In this document: piece by piece, positions 46,087 through 56,858 of the stretch
Position numbering within the stretch: the first letter of the stretch is position 1
Layout: every line of letters begins with the position of its first letter
NCBI GenBank assembly: GCA_020053275.1
Contig: JAGVNL010000026.1
Coordinates: 6,416-70,415, forward strand
From: a bacterium
GTDB taxonomy: Bacteria; Patescibacteriota; Patescibacteriia; UBA9934
Length of the DNA: 64,000 nucleotides
Direction: 5' to 3'
Made by a program: the position numbers and the translations under genes
The notes under the pieces: model-generated
Told to the model about the DNA's origin: nothing
The model's input: the letters and a program-made list of their open reading frames with translations, nothing else
Databases searched by the model: none

Positions 46087-47602
46087 GTAATGCTACAGCA
46101 GCTTCCTCTTTGGCAGACGCTGCCACAACCTCCGTCACAATAATCGGCCGTTGCATCATCACACCAGCAATCGCGTCCTCAAGCAAACGCAAATTTTTAG
46201 CGTCCTTCAGGGCGTCGGCATGAAAAGCATACGGAAAAGAAACGGTTAGTTTAGAACCATTGATCGCAATCGGCTTGCCAGTTCGCAAAGTAATCGGCAA
46301 CGAGACATTTAGATCATTTACTTTGTCACAGCAGCGCTCCCATTTATCTTGAATTTCTGCCAGCGTAAATGTAATCGGCATAACACTATTTATGTTATCA
46401 GCGATATTCAATGGCGGTAACGAAGCCTCAACAGCAACGATTTTAACATCAGATGCCGAACGAGGTGCTACTAAGCCTCCAATATTACCAGTAGCTGCGT
46501 TCGGTTGCATCGCTGCAATACTAGACGAAACAGGCAGGTTCGCAGTCTCCCGCACTACCGAGTCATCGCCAAGCATAAACTCCACCAACGCCAGCTCTAG
46601 CGGTAATTGAGGTAAAGCCGACAACGAGTGTCTACCACGAGCAGTCAACAACAAATCAAGCAATCGCCTGGCCTGAACGGACTCAAATACTGCCTGCTTT
46701 CCGGAGATCGAGTTCATTAAATCCTCACGGACTTCTTCGATAAGTTCGTCAGTAAAATGCTTGATCGAACCACCATCAACCACGAACGCACTAATCTTAT
46801 CGAGTGTAGCACCCACATCCTTCTTCACTAACAAATCGATAATTTCACGAACAAGCGTAATTGTAGTTACGGGTAAAATCAAAGAGGCTAACGAGGCCGT
46901 AATGTGTTTATCGCCAAGTGACAAAACTTGGCCAAGCAAGCTTTCTGCATCACGCAAACACCCTTCAGAAATCTTGACGATAACCCGCAAGACCTCGTCG
47001 TCCACCTCAACGCCCTCTTTTTTAGAAATTGATAATAAACGAGCTACCATCTCGGGAGCAGCAATCTTATGAAAATCAAACCGTTGACACCTACTAACAA
47101 TCGTCGCTGGTATTTTATGTAGTTCAGTCGTCGCCAATATAAATATGACATGAGCTGGCGGCTCCTCCAGTGTTTTCAATAATGCATTGAACGCAGACGC
47201 AGAAAGCATGTGAACTTCATCTATAACAAAAACCTTATACTTCCCTTGCTGCGGCACAAACCGCACATTCTCAATTATATTCTCCCGCACATTATCTACA
47301 CCCGTATTACTCGCCGCATCAATTTCTACTGTATCCAAAAACCGTCCATCGCCAAAAGCCAAGCAGTGATCGCAAATACCACACGGCTCACTCTCACCTT
47401 CTTTTCGATTTAAACAATTAACAGCCTTTGCAAGTAGTCGAGCAATGGTGGTCTTGCCAATCCCTCGTGAACCCGAAAACAAATAGGCATGCGCCAATGT
47501 ACCGCTGGCTATTTGGTTCTGAATAGTTTTTACAACATGTTCCTGCTCAGCGACATCCTCAAACCTAGCCGGGCGATATTTTCTATACAATGTCTCACTC
47601 AT
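46055..47602 (-). CDS. dnaX: DNA polymerase III gamma/tau
   Basis: LYRKYRP, GSRGIGKTT, EIDAASN, IDEVHML, SRCQRF. Confidence 0.97.
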   Translation of the reverse strand: MSETLYRKYRPARFEDVAEQEHVVKTIQNQIASGTLAHAYLFSGSRGIGKTTIARLLAKAVNCLNRKEGESEPCGICDHCLAFGDGRFLDTVEIDAASNTGVDNVRENIIENVRFVPQQGKYKVFVIDEVHMLSASAFNALLKTLEEPPAHVIFILATTELHKIPATIVSRCQRFDFHKIAAPEMVARLLSISKKEGVEVDDEVLRVIVKISEGCLRDAESLLGQVLSLGDKHITASLASLILPVTTITLVREIIDLLVKKDVGATLDKISAFVVDGGSIKHFTDELIEEVREDLMNSISGKQAVFESVQARRLLDLLLTARGRHSLSALPQLPLELALVEFMLGDDSVVRETANLPVSSSIAAMQPNAATGNIGGLVAPRSASDVKIVAVEASLPPLNIADNINSVMPITFTLAEIQDKWERCCDKVNDLNVSLPITLRTGKPIAINGSKLTVSFPYAFHADALKDAKNLRLLEDAIAGVMMQRPIIVTEVVAASAKEEAAVALLTDAFGGNVV

Positions 47603-47628
47603 AGACCCCTATCCTACCCTAATTCAAG

Positions 47629-50178
47629 CTACAGGCCAACCGGAGGCAGGGGGACAACTGGTTGCACTTGTTTAGGCACACCGACGCCAGAACGCAGAGC
47701 AATCTCGCGCTCCACAATCTTCTTGTCGCGACCATAAAGCAAACGAGAAATTTCTTTGAGAGCCTGGCCAACTTTTGGACTGCCTTCTTGTTTATTGTCG
47801 ACGCGAAGTGTAAACGGCTTACCCTGAGCGTTGTCGATGATAATCTTACAATTCCATGTTAACGCCTCATTATTCATCAGGTCGTAAGCAGAAAATGTAG
47901 GCTCAAACACTTTCTCCAGTACCTCGGTATCATCAGGGCCGACACGCGACACAAACATGCTGCCCACATTGCCGAGCACAGCATCACGAATCTCACTCTT
48001 GCCGTCCTTCACCAACTGGCCCATATACTGGTGCGCCATGATCAAGTTAAGACGATACTTACGAGCCTCGGACAAAATAGTAGCAATACTTGGCGTCACG
48101 AAGTTTTGGAATTCGTCGACATAAAGATAAAAATCTTTGCGTTTACTCTCCTCCATATCAGCACGAGCAAAAGCCGCCATCTGCAACTTGGCCACAATAA
48201 TCAAACCAAGCAGCGACGCATTAACTTCGCCAGTTTTACCTTTAGACAAATTGACCAAAAGAATCTTACCCTCGTCCATTATTTCACGGAAGTTGAAGGC
48301 GGATTTACTTTGACCGATAATGTTACGCATCATCTCGTTCTCCACAAACCTACCAACCTTACTCACTAGATATCCCATGGTTTCACTCTTGTGGTAGTCA
48401 CTAGTCTTGGCCTGCTCATCCTCCCAGAAACTACGCACAACAGGGTCCTTAACACGAGCAATCCACTCCTTCTGGAAAGCGTCGTCCGCAATCATGCGTG
48501 GGATTTCTGCAATCGTACCAGGGTAAGTCGGGTCCGCCATCAAGGTAAGCATGAAGTTACGCATGGAGTGCTCAAACATCGGGCCGATCATTTCCGGTGG
48601 GAACAACATATAGAAGATGCTGATCATCTCCTGCACCGCAAAGTCGCGCATGTCCTCACTTGGTGCCTCCAGCATGTTTAAGCCCATTGGTCGTTCGGTA
48701 TCGCTTGGGTTGAAGTAAACAACATCATCGTATCGTTCTTTTGGAATAAGCTCCATTATGCCGTCTGCCAAGTCTCCGTGCGGATCAATAACACCAACAC
48801 CTTTACCAGCAATAATATCTTGAATAACCAAGTTCTTAATAAACTCAGACTTACCAGAACCAGTCTTACCAATAATGTACATGTGGCGACGGCGGTCACC
48901 GTCTTTGATAAATACTGGTTTTGTAGCGCCGCGATAGGTGTTGGTACCCAAACGCAAACCTTCAGTTGGCGTGTTAGTTGGGGCCGGGGCGACACGCGCC
49001 ATCATCCACAAAATATTCGGCGTATCAGTACTTGGCAACGGCAAATGCCACATAGACGCCATTTCTTCGGTATTCAAAATAATTTTCTGATACCTGGCAA
49101 AAGTACGATAAATGAAGTGCTCGATTAAACGGCGCTTGCGGAGCGGCAACACCTTCTGCAAGGAGTTACCATACTCATAAATGTTATATTGACCGAACGC
49201 TTGCAATGCATTGTTTAGGTTCGCCAACGCCATTTGAGCGGATTTCGCCGAAGAAACGATGCGAATATTTACTTCCATTCCGGCCTTAGAAATTTTATTT
49301 CCAACTCCCTCCAACATCTTAGATTCCGTTTGTGACAACTGTTTTTGATCTCTTCGTTCAGACTTTTGTTTCTCAATATCTTCTTTACTCGCAAACCAGC
49401 TACCAACAGTTTTACCCTTTTTCGCTTCTTCAAGCGACATGCCATTCTGCATGTTCCTTATAATCTTAGTACCCAGTTCACGCCAATTATGGTGAGTTGG
49501 GCGAATAATATATTGTACTACCAAACCATCGCCTTCTTCTACCTTAGACAAAGCATTGGTTAATGAATTCAACGGGTCTGAATCATTTTCTTTATAAGTC
49601 TTGAGAGGGAAAATAGACTCTCGTTTCAACTCTAAATAGCCGCCGAGAACAATGCCAGTAGTTGAAAAAATATTATAATCCTCAACCTCCTTCAAGCTGG
49701 CGTCACTATACTGAGCGTGCAACTGCTGCTGCACAAAATCATACATGTTGCGCGGTACATTAATGTAAAAAGAAACGAGCTTGTTATGAGCTACAATTTC
49801 TAATGCAATGGAATCTGTTCTCCCAGCAAACCAAGCATGAATACCAAAACCATGATGTGGTTTTACGCCACCAATAGCCGCAAAAAAAGTTTCCGCAATA
49901 GCAATCGACTCCTTAATAACTTGTGCTGTTTCATTACCCTTAGCTTCTTCTTGGTTGCGGTACCGAGGAATGGTTACTAGTAATGTAATGTTGGTATGCT
50001 TGCCTCCCTGCTGTCTAAACCTGCGATGCATCTTGTAACGCAACAGAAATATACCGCCAATTATTGCCCCAACAATCAGCAAAGCAATTATTAAACGCAA
50101 CCAAATGGACGAGCCACCGGTTGCAACATACTGTGTAGTTGCTACTTCGCCTGCAATGAGAAATAAGCCTGGAAGCAC
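47629..50178 (-). CDS. VirB4/TraG/HerA-like ATPase with N-terminal TM
   Basis: RRHMYIIGKTGSGKS, IDPHGDL, LYVDEFQNF, SEARKY, AHQY. Confidence 0.85.
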   Translation of the reverse strand: MLPGLFLIAGEVATTQYVATGGSSIWLRLIIALLIVGAIIGGIFLLRYKMHRRFRQQGGKHTNITLLVTIPRYRNQEEAKGNETAQVIKESIAIAETFFAAIGGVKPHHGFGIHAWFAGRTDSIALEIVAHNKLVSFYINVPRNMYDFVQQQLHAQYSDASLKEVEDYNIFSTTGIVLGGYLELKRESIFPLKTYKENDSDPLNSLTNALSKVEEGDGLVVQYIIRPTHHNWRELGTKIIRNMQNGMSLEEAKKGKTVGSWFASKEDIEKQKSERRDQKQLSQTESKMLEGVGNKISKAGMEVNIRIVSSAKSAQMALANLNNALQAFGQYNIYEYGNSLQKVLPLRKRRLIEHFIYRTFARYQKIILNTEEMASMWHLPLPSTDTPNILWMMARVAPAPTNTPTEGLRLGTNTYRGATKPVFIKDGDRRRHMYIIGKTGSGKSEFIKNLVIQDIIAGKGVGVIDPHGDLADGIMELIPKERYDDVVYFNPSDTERPMGLNMLEAPSEDMRDFAVQEMISIFYMLFPPEMIGPMFEHSMRNFMLTLMADPTYPGTIAEIPRMIADDAFQKEWIARVKDPVVRSFWEDEQAKTSDYHKSETMGYLVSKVGRFVENEMMRNIIGQSKSAFNFREIMDEGKILLVNLSKGKTGEVNASLLGLIIVAKLQMAAFARADMEESKRKDFYLYVDEFQNFVTPSIATILSEARKYRLNLIMAHQYMGQLVKDGKSEIRDAVLGNVGSMFVSRVGPDDTEVLEKVFEPTFSAYDLMNNEALTWNCKIIIDNAQGKPFTLRVDNKQEGSPKVGQALKEISRLLYGRDKKIVEREIALRSGVGVPKQVQPVVPLPPVGL

Positions 50179-50179
50179 A

Positions 50180-50689
50180 TTATATTGCGTTCATGCTATG
50201 GTGAGCTTTGCCTTCACCGTAAGCGATAATAAGATCTGTCTTAATCTTAGCCTCCTGCTCAAGGAAAAACCGATTGATACCAGGAATACTGTGCAGCCAC
50301 TCCTTAATCATTTTAAGTACGGCGTGAACCTTTATTTTTCCTTTGGCAATCATCTCCCTTATTTTGTGCGCAACTTCCTCACCCTTCGCTCTAAACTTTG
50401 GTTTTCTATCTTCCGCTAAATTCTTATACAAATCAGCTATACCTTTAGACAATATATCCTCAACGCCCTTCAGAATCTCATCCTTAGCTAAAACAACAGG
50501 AGCTTCAGAAATTGTCGTAGCGACTGGAACTGTTACCGGTGCCTGTTCCTCCTCCGGAACATTCTCAACACCACTATCTTCCCCCTCCCGACCCAACGAT
50601 TCCTGTTCCACCTCTTGAGCCTCAACAATGCCCGGTACTTCCGGGTTCAGCATATTGACGCCTAACTTTTCCATTACTTCATCACTCAT
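50180..50689 (-). CDS. Hypothetical protein
   Basis: Acidic N-terminus, helical C-terminus WLHSIPGINRFFLEQEAKIKTD; abuts the ATPase gene. Confidence 0.75.
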   Translation of the reverse strand: MSDEVMEKLGVNMLNPEVPGIVEAQEVEQESLGREGEDSGVENVPEEEQAPVTVPVATTISEAPVVLAKDEILKGVEDILSKGIADLYKNLAEDRKPKFRAKGEEVAHKIREMIAKGKIKVHAVLKMIKEWLHSIPGINRFFLEQEAKIKTDLIIAYGEGKAHHSMNAI

Positions 50690-50706
50690 GGCAACATTAT
50701 ACCACG

Positions 50707-52089
50707 CTATCGTCGCTCACGCAGCTTCTGACCACTCGAACTATCCTGAACCGCATAGCCCAACCCAAACAACTCATCGCGTAGTAAATCTGACCTCTCC
50801 CAATCCTTAGCAATTCGTGCTAATTCTCGTTCTTTAAGTAATTTCTGTGCTTCATCACTCACCCTGACCGGCCTAGCAACCACATCTTCCAACGCCAAAC
50901 CAAACACTTCATCCATCTTCAAAACCGTCGCCGCCTTCACATCAGTACCAATGGCACCATTGTTCACAAAATTCCACATTATCGCCAAAGCAGCTGGCGT
51001 GTCCAAATCATTATTCACCGCCGTCATGAATGTCTCCATCACCCCACTATCCACACTACTCGGCTTCTGCCAGTCGCGAACCATGTCGACTAAATTATTT
51101 AACGCATTCTGCGCAGCCTCCGCACCCTCCCAAGTAAAGTTCAACTGCGTTCGGTAATGCGCGCCAAGTATAAAATAACGGAAAGCCAACGGCGAAATTT
51201 CTTTAGCCTGCAAATCATCAAGTGAATACACATTACCAAGCGACTTGCTCATCTTTCCGTTATCAATCAAGACAAATTCGTTGTGCAGCCAATAATTGGC
51301 CTCCATAACACCACGAGCTGCTAGCGTTTGGGCAATCTCATTCTCATGATGCACAGCAATATGGTCGACGCCACCCGTATGAATATCAAAAGGCACACCC
51401 AAATATTTTTCGCTCATCGCCGAGCATTCCAAATGCCAACCCGGAAAACCCTTACCCCACGGCGACTCCCATTCCATATGTCTCTGTTCACCTTCTGGCG
51501 AAAACTTCCACAAAGCAAAGTCGCTCAGATTGCGTTTTTCTGCATTGACGCCCACCCGAGCACCTGCCTCCTTCTCTTCACTTTTCTGACCCGATAGTTG
51601 GCCGTACTCTGGCAACTTGGCAGTATCAAAATAAATCCCATCGTGAGTTGCGTAAGTAAAACCTTTCGCTTCCATTGCCTCAATTAAGGCAATCTGCTCA
51701 GCGATGTGATCCGTCGCCTTAGGCATGACATGTGGCGTTTCAATATTTACCCGTCTTATATCGTCAACAAATAGTCTAGTGTATTCAGCTGCAATATCCC
51801 ACGCCGTTTTGCTCGCCTTGTCCGCCGACATTTGCAACTTATCCACACCCTCATCGCCATCACCAACTAAATGGCCAACATCAGTGATATTCATCACCTC
51901 CGTAACGCTCAAATCATTAGCTTGTAGCACACGACGCAAAGTATCGCCAAAAATATAAGAGCGTAAATTCCCCACATGCGCTCTGGCATAAACAGTCGGG
52001 CCACAAACATAAAGACCAACTTTTCCAGGTGTTATTGGTACAAACTCGTCAGTCGCCTTAGTTAATGTGTTATGAAGAAATATTTGCAT
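50707..52089 (-). CDS. cysS: Cysteine--tRNA ligase
   Basis: YVCGPTVY..AHVGN, DFALWK, PGWHLECS, HHENE, KMSKS. Confidence 0.97.
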   Translation of the reverse strand: MQIFLHNTLTKATDEFVPITPGKVGLYVCGPTVYARAHVGNLRSYIFGDTLRRVLQANDLSVTEVMNITDVGHLVGDGDEGVDKLQMSADKASKTAWDIAAEYTRLFVDDIRRVNIETPHVMPKATDHIAEQIALIEAMEAKGFTYATHDGIYFDTAKLPEYGQLSGQKSEEKEAGARVGVNAEKRNLSDFALWKFSPEGEQRHMEWESPWGKGFPGWHLECSAMSEKYLGVPFDIHTGGVDHIAVHHENEIAQTLAARGVMEANYWLHNEFVLIDNGKMSKSLGNVYSLDDLQAKEISPLAFRYFILGAHYRTQLNFTWEGAEAAQNALNNLVDMVRDWQKPSSVDSGVMETFMTAVNNDLDTPAALAIMWNFVNNGAIGTDVKAATVLKMDEVFGLALEDVVARPVRVSDEAQKLLKERELARIAKDWERSDLLRDELFGLGYAVQDSSSGQKLRERR

Positions 52090-52115
52090 AATAGACACAC
52101 TTTAATGAAAAAACA

Positions 52116-52601
52116 CTAACCGCGCAACAAGGCCATCGTAACCAACGGCGCAAAAATTAAAATCGAACGAATAATCGGATCCATAAAGACCCGAGCAAAG
52201 TTTGGTGAAAAGTCACCAGTTACTGCTAATGGCAGCATAGTTACCAAAATGACTACAACTACAATCACTTGCAATAACGAATAAACAGCTACGCGCCAGC
52301 CATGCGGATTATATACATCGTCAAAAAAAGTACTGCGCGCCAAAACGAACATCATGAGCGCCGTCATAATAGCCAATAAACCGAGCGACAACCATAAACT
52401 TGGAATTGGTATTAAAGTTTTCAGCATGGCCAGGACTGGCGCCAACAAAATAACCGCCCCAGCCAAGTACAACGCCACGAGCAGCATGATGATCCTGTAC
52501 TTACCGATAGTGTAGTTGTAAAACAACAGCACTCCAAACAAAATCACGACCGCACCAACATCAACTGGTACGCCAGCCACTAATGTATGCAAGACCTCCA
52601 T
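52116..52601 (-). CDS. Integral membrane hypothetical protein
   Basis: About five hydrophobic helices. Confidence 0.7.
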   Translation of the reverse strand: MEVLHTLVAGVPVDVGAVVILFGVLLFYNYTIGKYRIIMLLVALYLAGAVILLAPVLAMLKTLIPIPSLWLSLGLLAIMTALMMFVLARSTFFDDVYNPHGWRVAVYSLLQVIVVVVILVTMLPLAVTGDFSPNFARVFMDPIIRSILIFAPLVTMALLRG

Positions 52602-52628
52602 GGTGAGGAAAGTATAGCATACTTAGAG

Positions 52629-52656
52629 TTGGTAGATGGTAGTTAGTAGTTGGTAG
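52629..52656 (+). repeat. Four tandem NNNGTAG heptamers just past the dnaJ stop
   Basis: ttggtag atggtag ttagtag ttggtag. Confidence 0.85.
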
Positions 52657-52657
52657 T

Positions 52658-53716
52658 TTATTTCTCATTCAGTTCCAGTTCTTCCAGTAACCTTCGTTGT
52701 TCTTTATCGAGCTTACGCGGCGTCACCACCTGAATAGTGACTATCTGATCACCTCGTCCTCTACCTTGTGGCACACCCTTGCCGCGTAGTCGCAGTTCCT
52801 CACCAGACTGCGTACCAGCTGGAATCTTCATGCTCACCTTGCCGTCCACTGTATCAACCTCTACTTCACAACCAAGCGCCGCCTGAGTAAAACCAACAAG
52901 CCGCGTCACAAAAATATTATCACCTTCGCGCACAAACCGAGCATCTGGTTGCACCCTTACTTGGAGGTACAAATCTCCAGCTTCACCGGCAGCACCAAGT
53001 GCCTCGCCATGCCCGCGTACTCTAATTTGCATGCCATTGTCGACGCCAGCCGGAATCTCCACTCGCACCGACTTCTTGCCTTGCTGTACGCCCTTCCCAG
53101 CACAAACAGCACAAACCTTTTCGGGCATTTCTCCGCGACCGTGACAAGCGCTACAAGCATTTCGTGTTTGAATGGTGCCAAAAACAGTGCGCTGCTGACC
53201 AATTACATGGCCCTGGCCGTTACAAGTATTACATTTCTTAAGGCTCGTTCCAGGCTCTGCACCCACGCCACCACAGCGCTCACAACTAAAAGATTTGTTG
53301 AGCGTAATCTCTTTTTCGACACCAAACACGGCCTCCTTAAACGACAATGTCACTTGCACCGCCAAGTCCTGGCCTTTCTGTCGACCGCCACCTCCCCCGC
53401 CACCAAACATATCACCAAACATGCTTCCCAAGTCGCCAAACATACTCGGGTCAAAACCTTGGAAGCCACCTTGACCACCAGCAAACGGATTACCGCCACC
53501 GCTACCATCAAACGCCGCGCTGTCAAACTGATCATACTTAGTGCGCTTTTCAGCATCACCAAGCACCTGGTAGGCCTCATTCACCTCCTTGAACTTCTCC
53601 TCTTTACCTCCCTTATCTGGGTGGTGCGTATGCGCCAATTTTCTGAACGCACTCTTAATCTCATCAGCACTCGCCGACTTACTCACTCCCAGCGTTGCGT
53701 AGTAATCTTTAGACAT
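52658..53716 (-). CDS. dnaJ: Chaperone DnaJ
   Basis: J domain HPD, G/F-rich region, four CxxCxGxG motifs. Confidence 0.98.
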   Translation of the reverse strand: MSKDYYATLGVSKSASADEIKSAFRKLAHTHHPDKGGKEEKFKEVNEAYQVLGDAEKRTKYDQFDSAAFDGSGGGNPFAGGQGGFQGFDPSMFGDLGSMFGDMFGGGGGGGRQKGQDLAVQVTLSFKEAVFGVEKEITLNKSFSCERCGGVGAEPGTSLKKCNTCNGQGHVIGQQRTVFGTIQTRNACSACHGRGEMPEKVCAVCAGKGVQQGKKSVRVEIPAGVDNGMQIRVRGHGEALGAAGEAGDLYLQVRVQPDARFVREGDNIFVTRLVGFTQAALGCEVEVDTVDGKVSMKIPAGTQSGEELRLRGKGVPQGRGRGDQIVTIQVVTPRKLDKEQRRLLEELELNEK

Positions 53717-53723
53717 AGGTACA

Positions 53724-53771
53724 AGTTTGTAGTTGGTAGTATGTAGTTGGGCCTGCCCGGCTCCGCCGGGT
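53724..53771. repeat. 48-bp heptamer plus hairpin element upstream of dnaJ
   Basis: agtttgtagttggtagtatgtagttgggcctgcccggctccgccgggt; 43/48 identical to 56859-56906. Confidence 0.9.
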
Positions 53772-53791
53772 CTCGCGTTGACGAGAGCTTT

Positions 53792-53962
53792 CTAATCCAC
53801 AATCTTACCCTCAACTATCTTAACTCCTCTTTTTACATCAATCCTCCCAGTCACCCAACGCCTAATAAACCTAAACGATAACAGCCACATAGCGAATGAC
53901 GCCATTCCAAGTAACCCTTTTATCACCCATAATTGCTTATTAGGCGTTTGAGTGTTGGTCAT
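53792..53962 (-). CDS. Small single-TM protein, 56 aa (absent from the ORF track)
   Basis: MTNTQTPNKQLWVIKGLLGMASFAMWLLSFRFIRRWVTGRIDVKRGVKIVEGKIVD*; ATG 1 nt after the upstream stop. Confidence 0.6.
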   Translation of the reverse strand: MTNTQTPNKQLWVIKGLLGMASFAMWLLSFRFIRRWVTGRIDVKRGVKIVEGKIVD

Positions 53963-53963
53963 A

Positions 53964-54353
53964 TTATTTCGCTACTTCCGTCTTCCGTTCTGCGACCCAG
54001 TTGCAAAGAGCAATAGGTTCGCCGCCGTCAATACGCGCTGCAAAACGATACTCGCCTGCTTTATCCACCTTCAACCCGTGCATCTTGGCGATGATGTGCA
54101 CTTGCGGCCCCTTCACTGCTTGCTTGAACACGCTACTCTTGTCTACCAACACATTCTTTTCGTCCGTAATATAAATCTCCAGGTTGGCATCCACTGGTAC
54201 ATCGCGCAATCTCACGGCCAAAAAGCCATTAAGCGTAATCGGCCCTTCACCCACCGTATTCGTCCGGTCAAACACATGAGCATAAGTATAGAGCCCGTTG
54301 GTCGACTGCGTCAGAAACTCACAGAGCAAAGCGTATTCTTTTAATGGGTTCAT
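53964..54353 (-). CDS. Hypothetical protein (DUF6941-like beta-sandwich)
   Basis: ALLCE...HVFDR...AGEYRF..RIDG pattern. Confidence 0.6.
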   Translation of the reverse strand: MNPLKEYALLCEFLTQSTNGLYTYAHVFDRTNTVGEGPITLNGFLAVRLRDVPVDANLEIYITDEKNVLVDKSSVFKQAVKGPQVHIIAKMHGLKVDKAGEYRFAARIDGGEPIALCNWVAERKTEVAK

Positions 54354-54361
54354 GTATTAGC

Positions 54362-54940
54362 TTATGGTGAGTTAGGTAGATCGAGACCAATATTGCCTGT
54401 CACAAAATCATAATAATAAAGACCACCATAAATCCAGAAGTACAAACCTGGGCCAGAATACTCTAACTCTGGGCGCAATGGATCACTACCCGTTGTTTCA
54501 TCGTACGGTATGTTGTAGCCAGTAGTCCGGTCTTCATCGATCTCGAATATTTTCTGAATTGATGAGTCAAACCACAATGGATCATTGACGAATTCACGAG
54601 TAAGTTTTGTCACTCGACCTGTTTCGAACTCGGTAAATGTAAGATCAACTACAGTACCTGGTTGATCAAGTACCTCTGCACTACGAGGCTTACTCATGGT
54701 CATTTGGAAACCAAACTGACCAATCGTAACATTGTAGACACCGTCGAGCTTATACCAGCTGCCTTCGCTAAATTGATGATCATCTACACCGCCAGTTGAA
54801 GTCGGTGTATCATTTTCTGAACCTATTGTAGTTGGTAGATCCTTCACGAAGTTATTGTCGTTGTGAATTGCAACCCAAAAGATAACAAAGCAAACTGCGA
54901 GAGCTGCAACTATTACGCCGATAGTTTCTTTAAATGTCAT
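54362..54940 (-). CDS. Membrane-anchored hypothetical protein
   Basis: N-terminal TM, acidic soluble domain; starts 2 nt after the dnaK stop. Confidence 0.7.
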   Translation of the reverse strand: MTFKETIGVIVAALAVCFVIFWVAIHNDNNFVKDLPTTIGSENDTPTSTGGVDDHQFSEGSWYKLDGVYNVTIGQFGFQMTMSKPRSAEVLDQPGTVVDLTFTEFETGRVTKLTREFVNDPLWFDSSIQKIFEIDEDRTTGYNIPYDETTGSDPLRPELEYSGPGLYFWIYGGLYYYDFVTGNIGLDLPNSP

Positions 54941-54942
54941 AA

Positions 54943-56841
54943 TTATTCTTTTGGCGCGTCCTTAAACTCCGCATCCTTTGGCCCTTCTTCGGGCTTCGGT
55001 TCGCCGCCGTTCATATCTGGCATCGGGCCTGCACCACCATCTGCTGGTTTGTAGAAAGCCGCCCCTACGCGCTGTGCTTCCGTGGTCAAAGCGTCGGCCG
55101 CAGTCTTGATTGCCTCAACATCCTCGCCGTCCTTCACAGCTTTCACCGCCACCATCTTTTCGTCGAGAATCTTCTTATCTTCCTCACTAACCTTGTCCTT
55201 ATTGTCAGCGAGCATCTTCTCCACCGTGTAAACCATACTGTCCGCCAAGTTTCGAGTCTCAATCAATTCCTGCTTCTTCTTATCTTCCTCAGCGTGACTT
55301 TCAGCGTCGGCAGTCATCTTGGCAATCTCATCCTTACTCAAACCGGATGACGAAGTGATGGTGATGTTCTGGGTTTTATTTGTTCCCTTATCCGTTGCAG
55401 AAACATGAAGAATACCGTTTGCATCAACATCGAACTTAACCTCAATCTGTGGCGTACCACGAGGGGCTGGTGGAATACCAGAGAGATCAAACTGGCCGAG
55501 CAACTTGTTGTCGCCAAACATTGGTCGTTCACCTTGGGCGACGCGAATCGTCACGGCTGGCTGGTTGTCCGCCGCTGTACTAAAAACCTGACTCTTACTT
55601 GTAGGAATCGTGGTGTTGCGTTCAATGAGCTTGGTCATGACGCTGCCCATGGTTTCAATACCGAGCGACAACGGAGCGACATCTAGCAACAACACATCCT
55701 TTACGTCACCTTGCAACACACCAGCTTGCACAGCCGCACCAACGGCCACAACTTCGTCTGGGTTGACGCTGACATTTGGCTTCTTGCCAAAAAAATCTTC
55801 CACCTTCTTAAGTACAAGTGGCATACGGGTCATACCACCCACCATTACAATCTCCGCAATACTACCCTTGTCCATCTTGCTATCCTCGAGTGCCTTGCGC
55901 ACTGGGCCAAATGTTTGCTCAACCAAACCAGCGACAAGTTCCTCCAACTTCGAGCGAGAAATCTTGAGTACCAAGTGCTTAGGGCCTTCGTTGCTGGAAG
56001 TAATAAACGGTTGATTGACCTCAGTCTCCTGCGCGGTGGAGAGTTCAATCTTGGCGCGTTCAGCCGCGTCCTTAATACGCTGCATGGCCAAAGCGTCGCC
56101 AGACAGATCCACGCCTTCCAACTTTTTAAACTCTTCAAGAATATATTTCATGATGAGCAAGTCAAAGTCATCGCCACCTAAATGAGTGTCACCATTCGTC
56201 GCCAAAACTTCTACTGTGCCTTCGCTAACATCAAGCACGGAAACATCAAAAGTACCACCACCAAGGTCGTAAACCATTATCTTCTGGCCAACTTTCTTAT
56301 CGAAGCCGTAAGCCAAAGCCGCGGCAGTAGGTTCATTAATAATGCGCAAAACCTTGAGGCCGGCAATTTCACCAGCGTCCTTAGTCGCCTGGCGTTGCGC
56401 GTCGTCAAAATAAGCTGGAACAGTAATGACGGCCTCAGTAATGGTCTCACCAGTACGCTCTTCAGCGTCCGCCTTCATCTTGCCCAAAATCATGGCGCTG
56501 ATCTCCTGTGGCGTCATGTCCTTCTCGCCGAGCGTCACAGCCACACCTTCGCCCTTCTTAACAATGGCGTACGGCATCAACTTAATGTCGCGCTGCACTT
56601 CCTCGTCGCCAAACCGTCGGCCAATTAAACGCTTAATCGAATAAAGCGTATTCTTTGGGTTCGTCACCGCCTGCCTTTTAGCTGGCATACCAACCAATCT
56701 TTCCCCATTCTTCGCCACCGCAACTATACTCGGCGTAGTGCGCATCCCCTCCTTATTCTCCAAAACCTTTGGCTGACCACCTTCCATAATGGCCATGCAG
56801 CTGTTGGTTGTTCCTAAGTCGATACCAAGAATCTTGCTCAT
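54943..56841 (-). CDS. dnaK: Chaperone DnaK
   Basis: [42 protein letters not shown]. Confidence 0.99.
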   Translation of the reverse strand: MSKILGIDLGTTNSCMAIMEGGQPKVLENKEGMRTTPSIVAVAKNGERLVGMPAKRQAVTNPKNTLYSIKRLIGRRFGDEEVQRDIKLMPYAIVKKGEGVAVTLGEKDMTPQEISAMILGKMKADAEERTGETITEAVITVPAYFDDAQRQATKDAGEIAGLKVLRIINEPTAAALAYGFDKKVGQKIMVYDLGGGTFDVSVLDVSEGTVEVLATNGDTHLGGDDFDLLIMKYILEEFKKLEGVDLSGDALAMQRIKDAAERAKIELSTAQETEVNQPFITSSNEGPKHLVLKISRSKLEELVAGLVEQTFGPVRKALEDSKMDKGSIAEIVMVGGMTRMPLVLKKVEDFFGKKPNVSVNPDEVVAVGAAVQAGVLQGDVKDVLLLDVAPLSLGIETMGSVMTKLIERNTTIPTSKSQVFSTAADNQPAVTIRVAQGERPMFGDNKLLGQFDLSGIPPAPRGTPQIEVKFDVDANGILHVSATDKGTNKTQNITITSSSGLSKDEIAKMTADAESHAEEDKKKQELIETRNLADSMVYTVEKMLADNKDKVSEEDKKILDEKMVAVKAVKDGEDVEAIKTAADALTTEAQRVGAAFYKPADGGAGPMPDMNGGEPKPEEGPKDAEFKDAPKE

Positions 56842-56858
56842 ATATTTTTTAAGTTAGT

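Noticed and set aside
52949-53746. 265-aa plus-strand ORF, and similar ORFs opposite dnaK, clpB, alaS and the r-protein genes
   Set aside because: These are antisense shadows of well-conserved genes, with no motifs or expression signals of their own.
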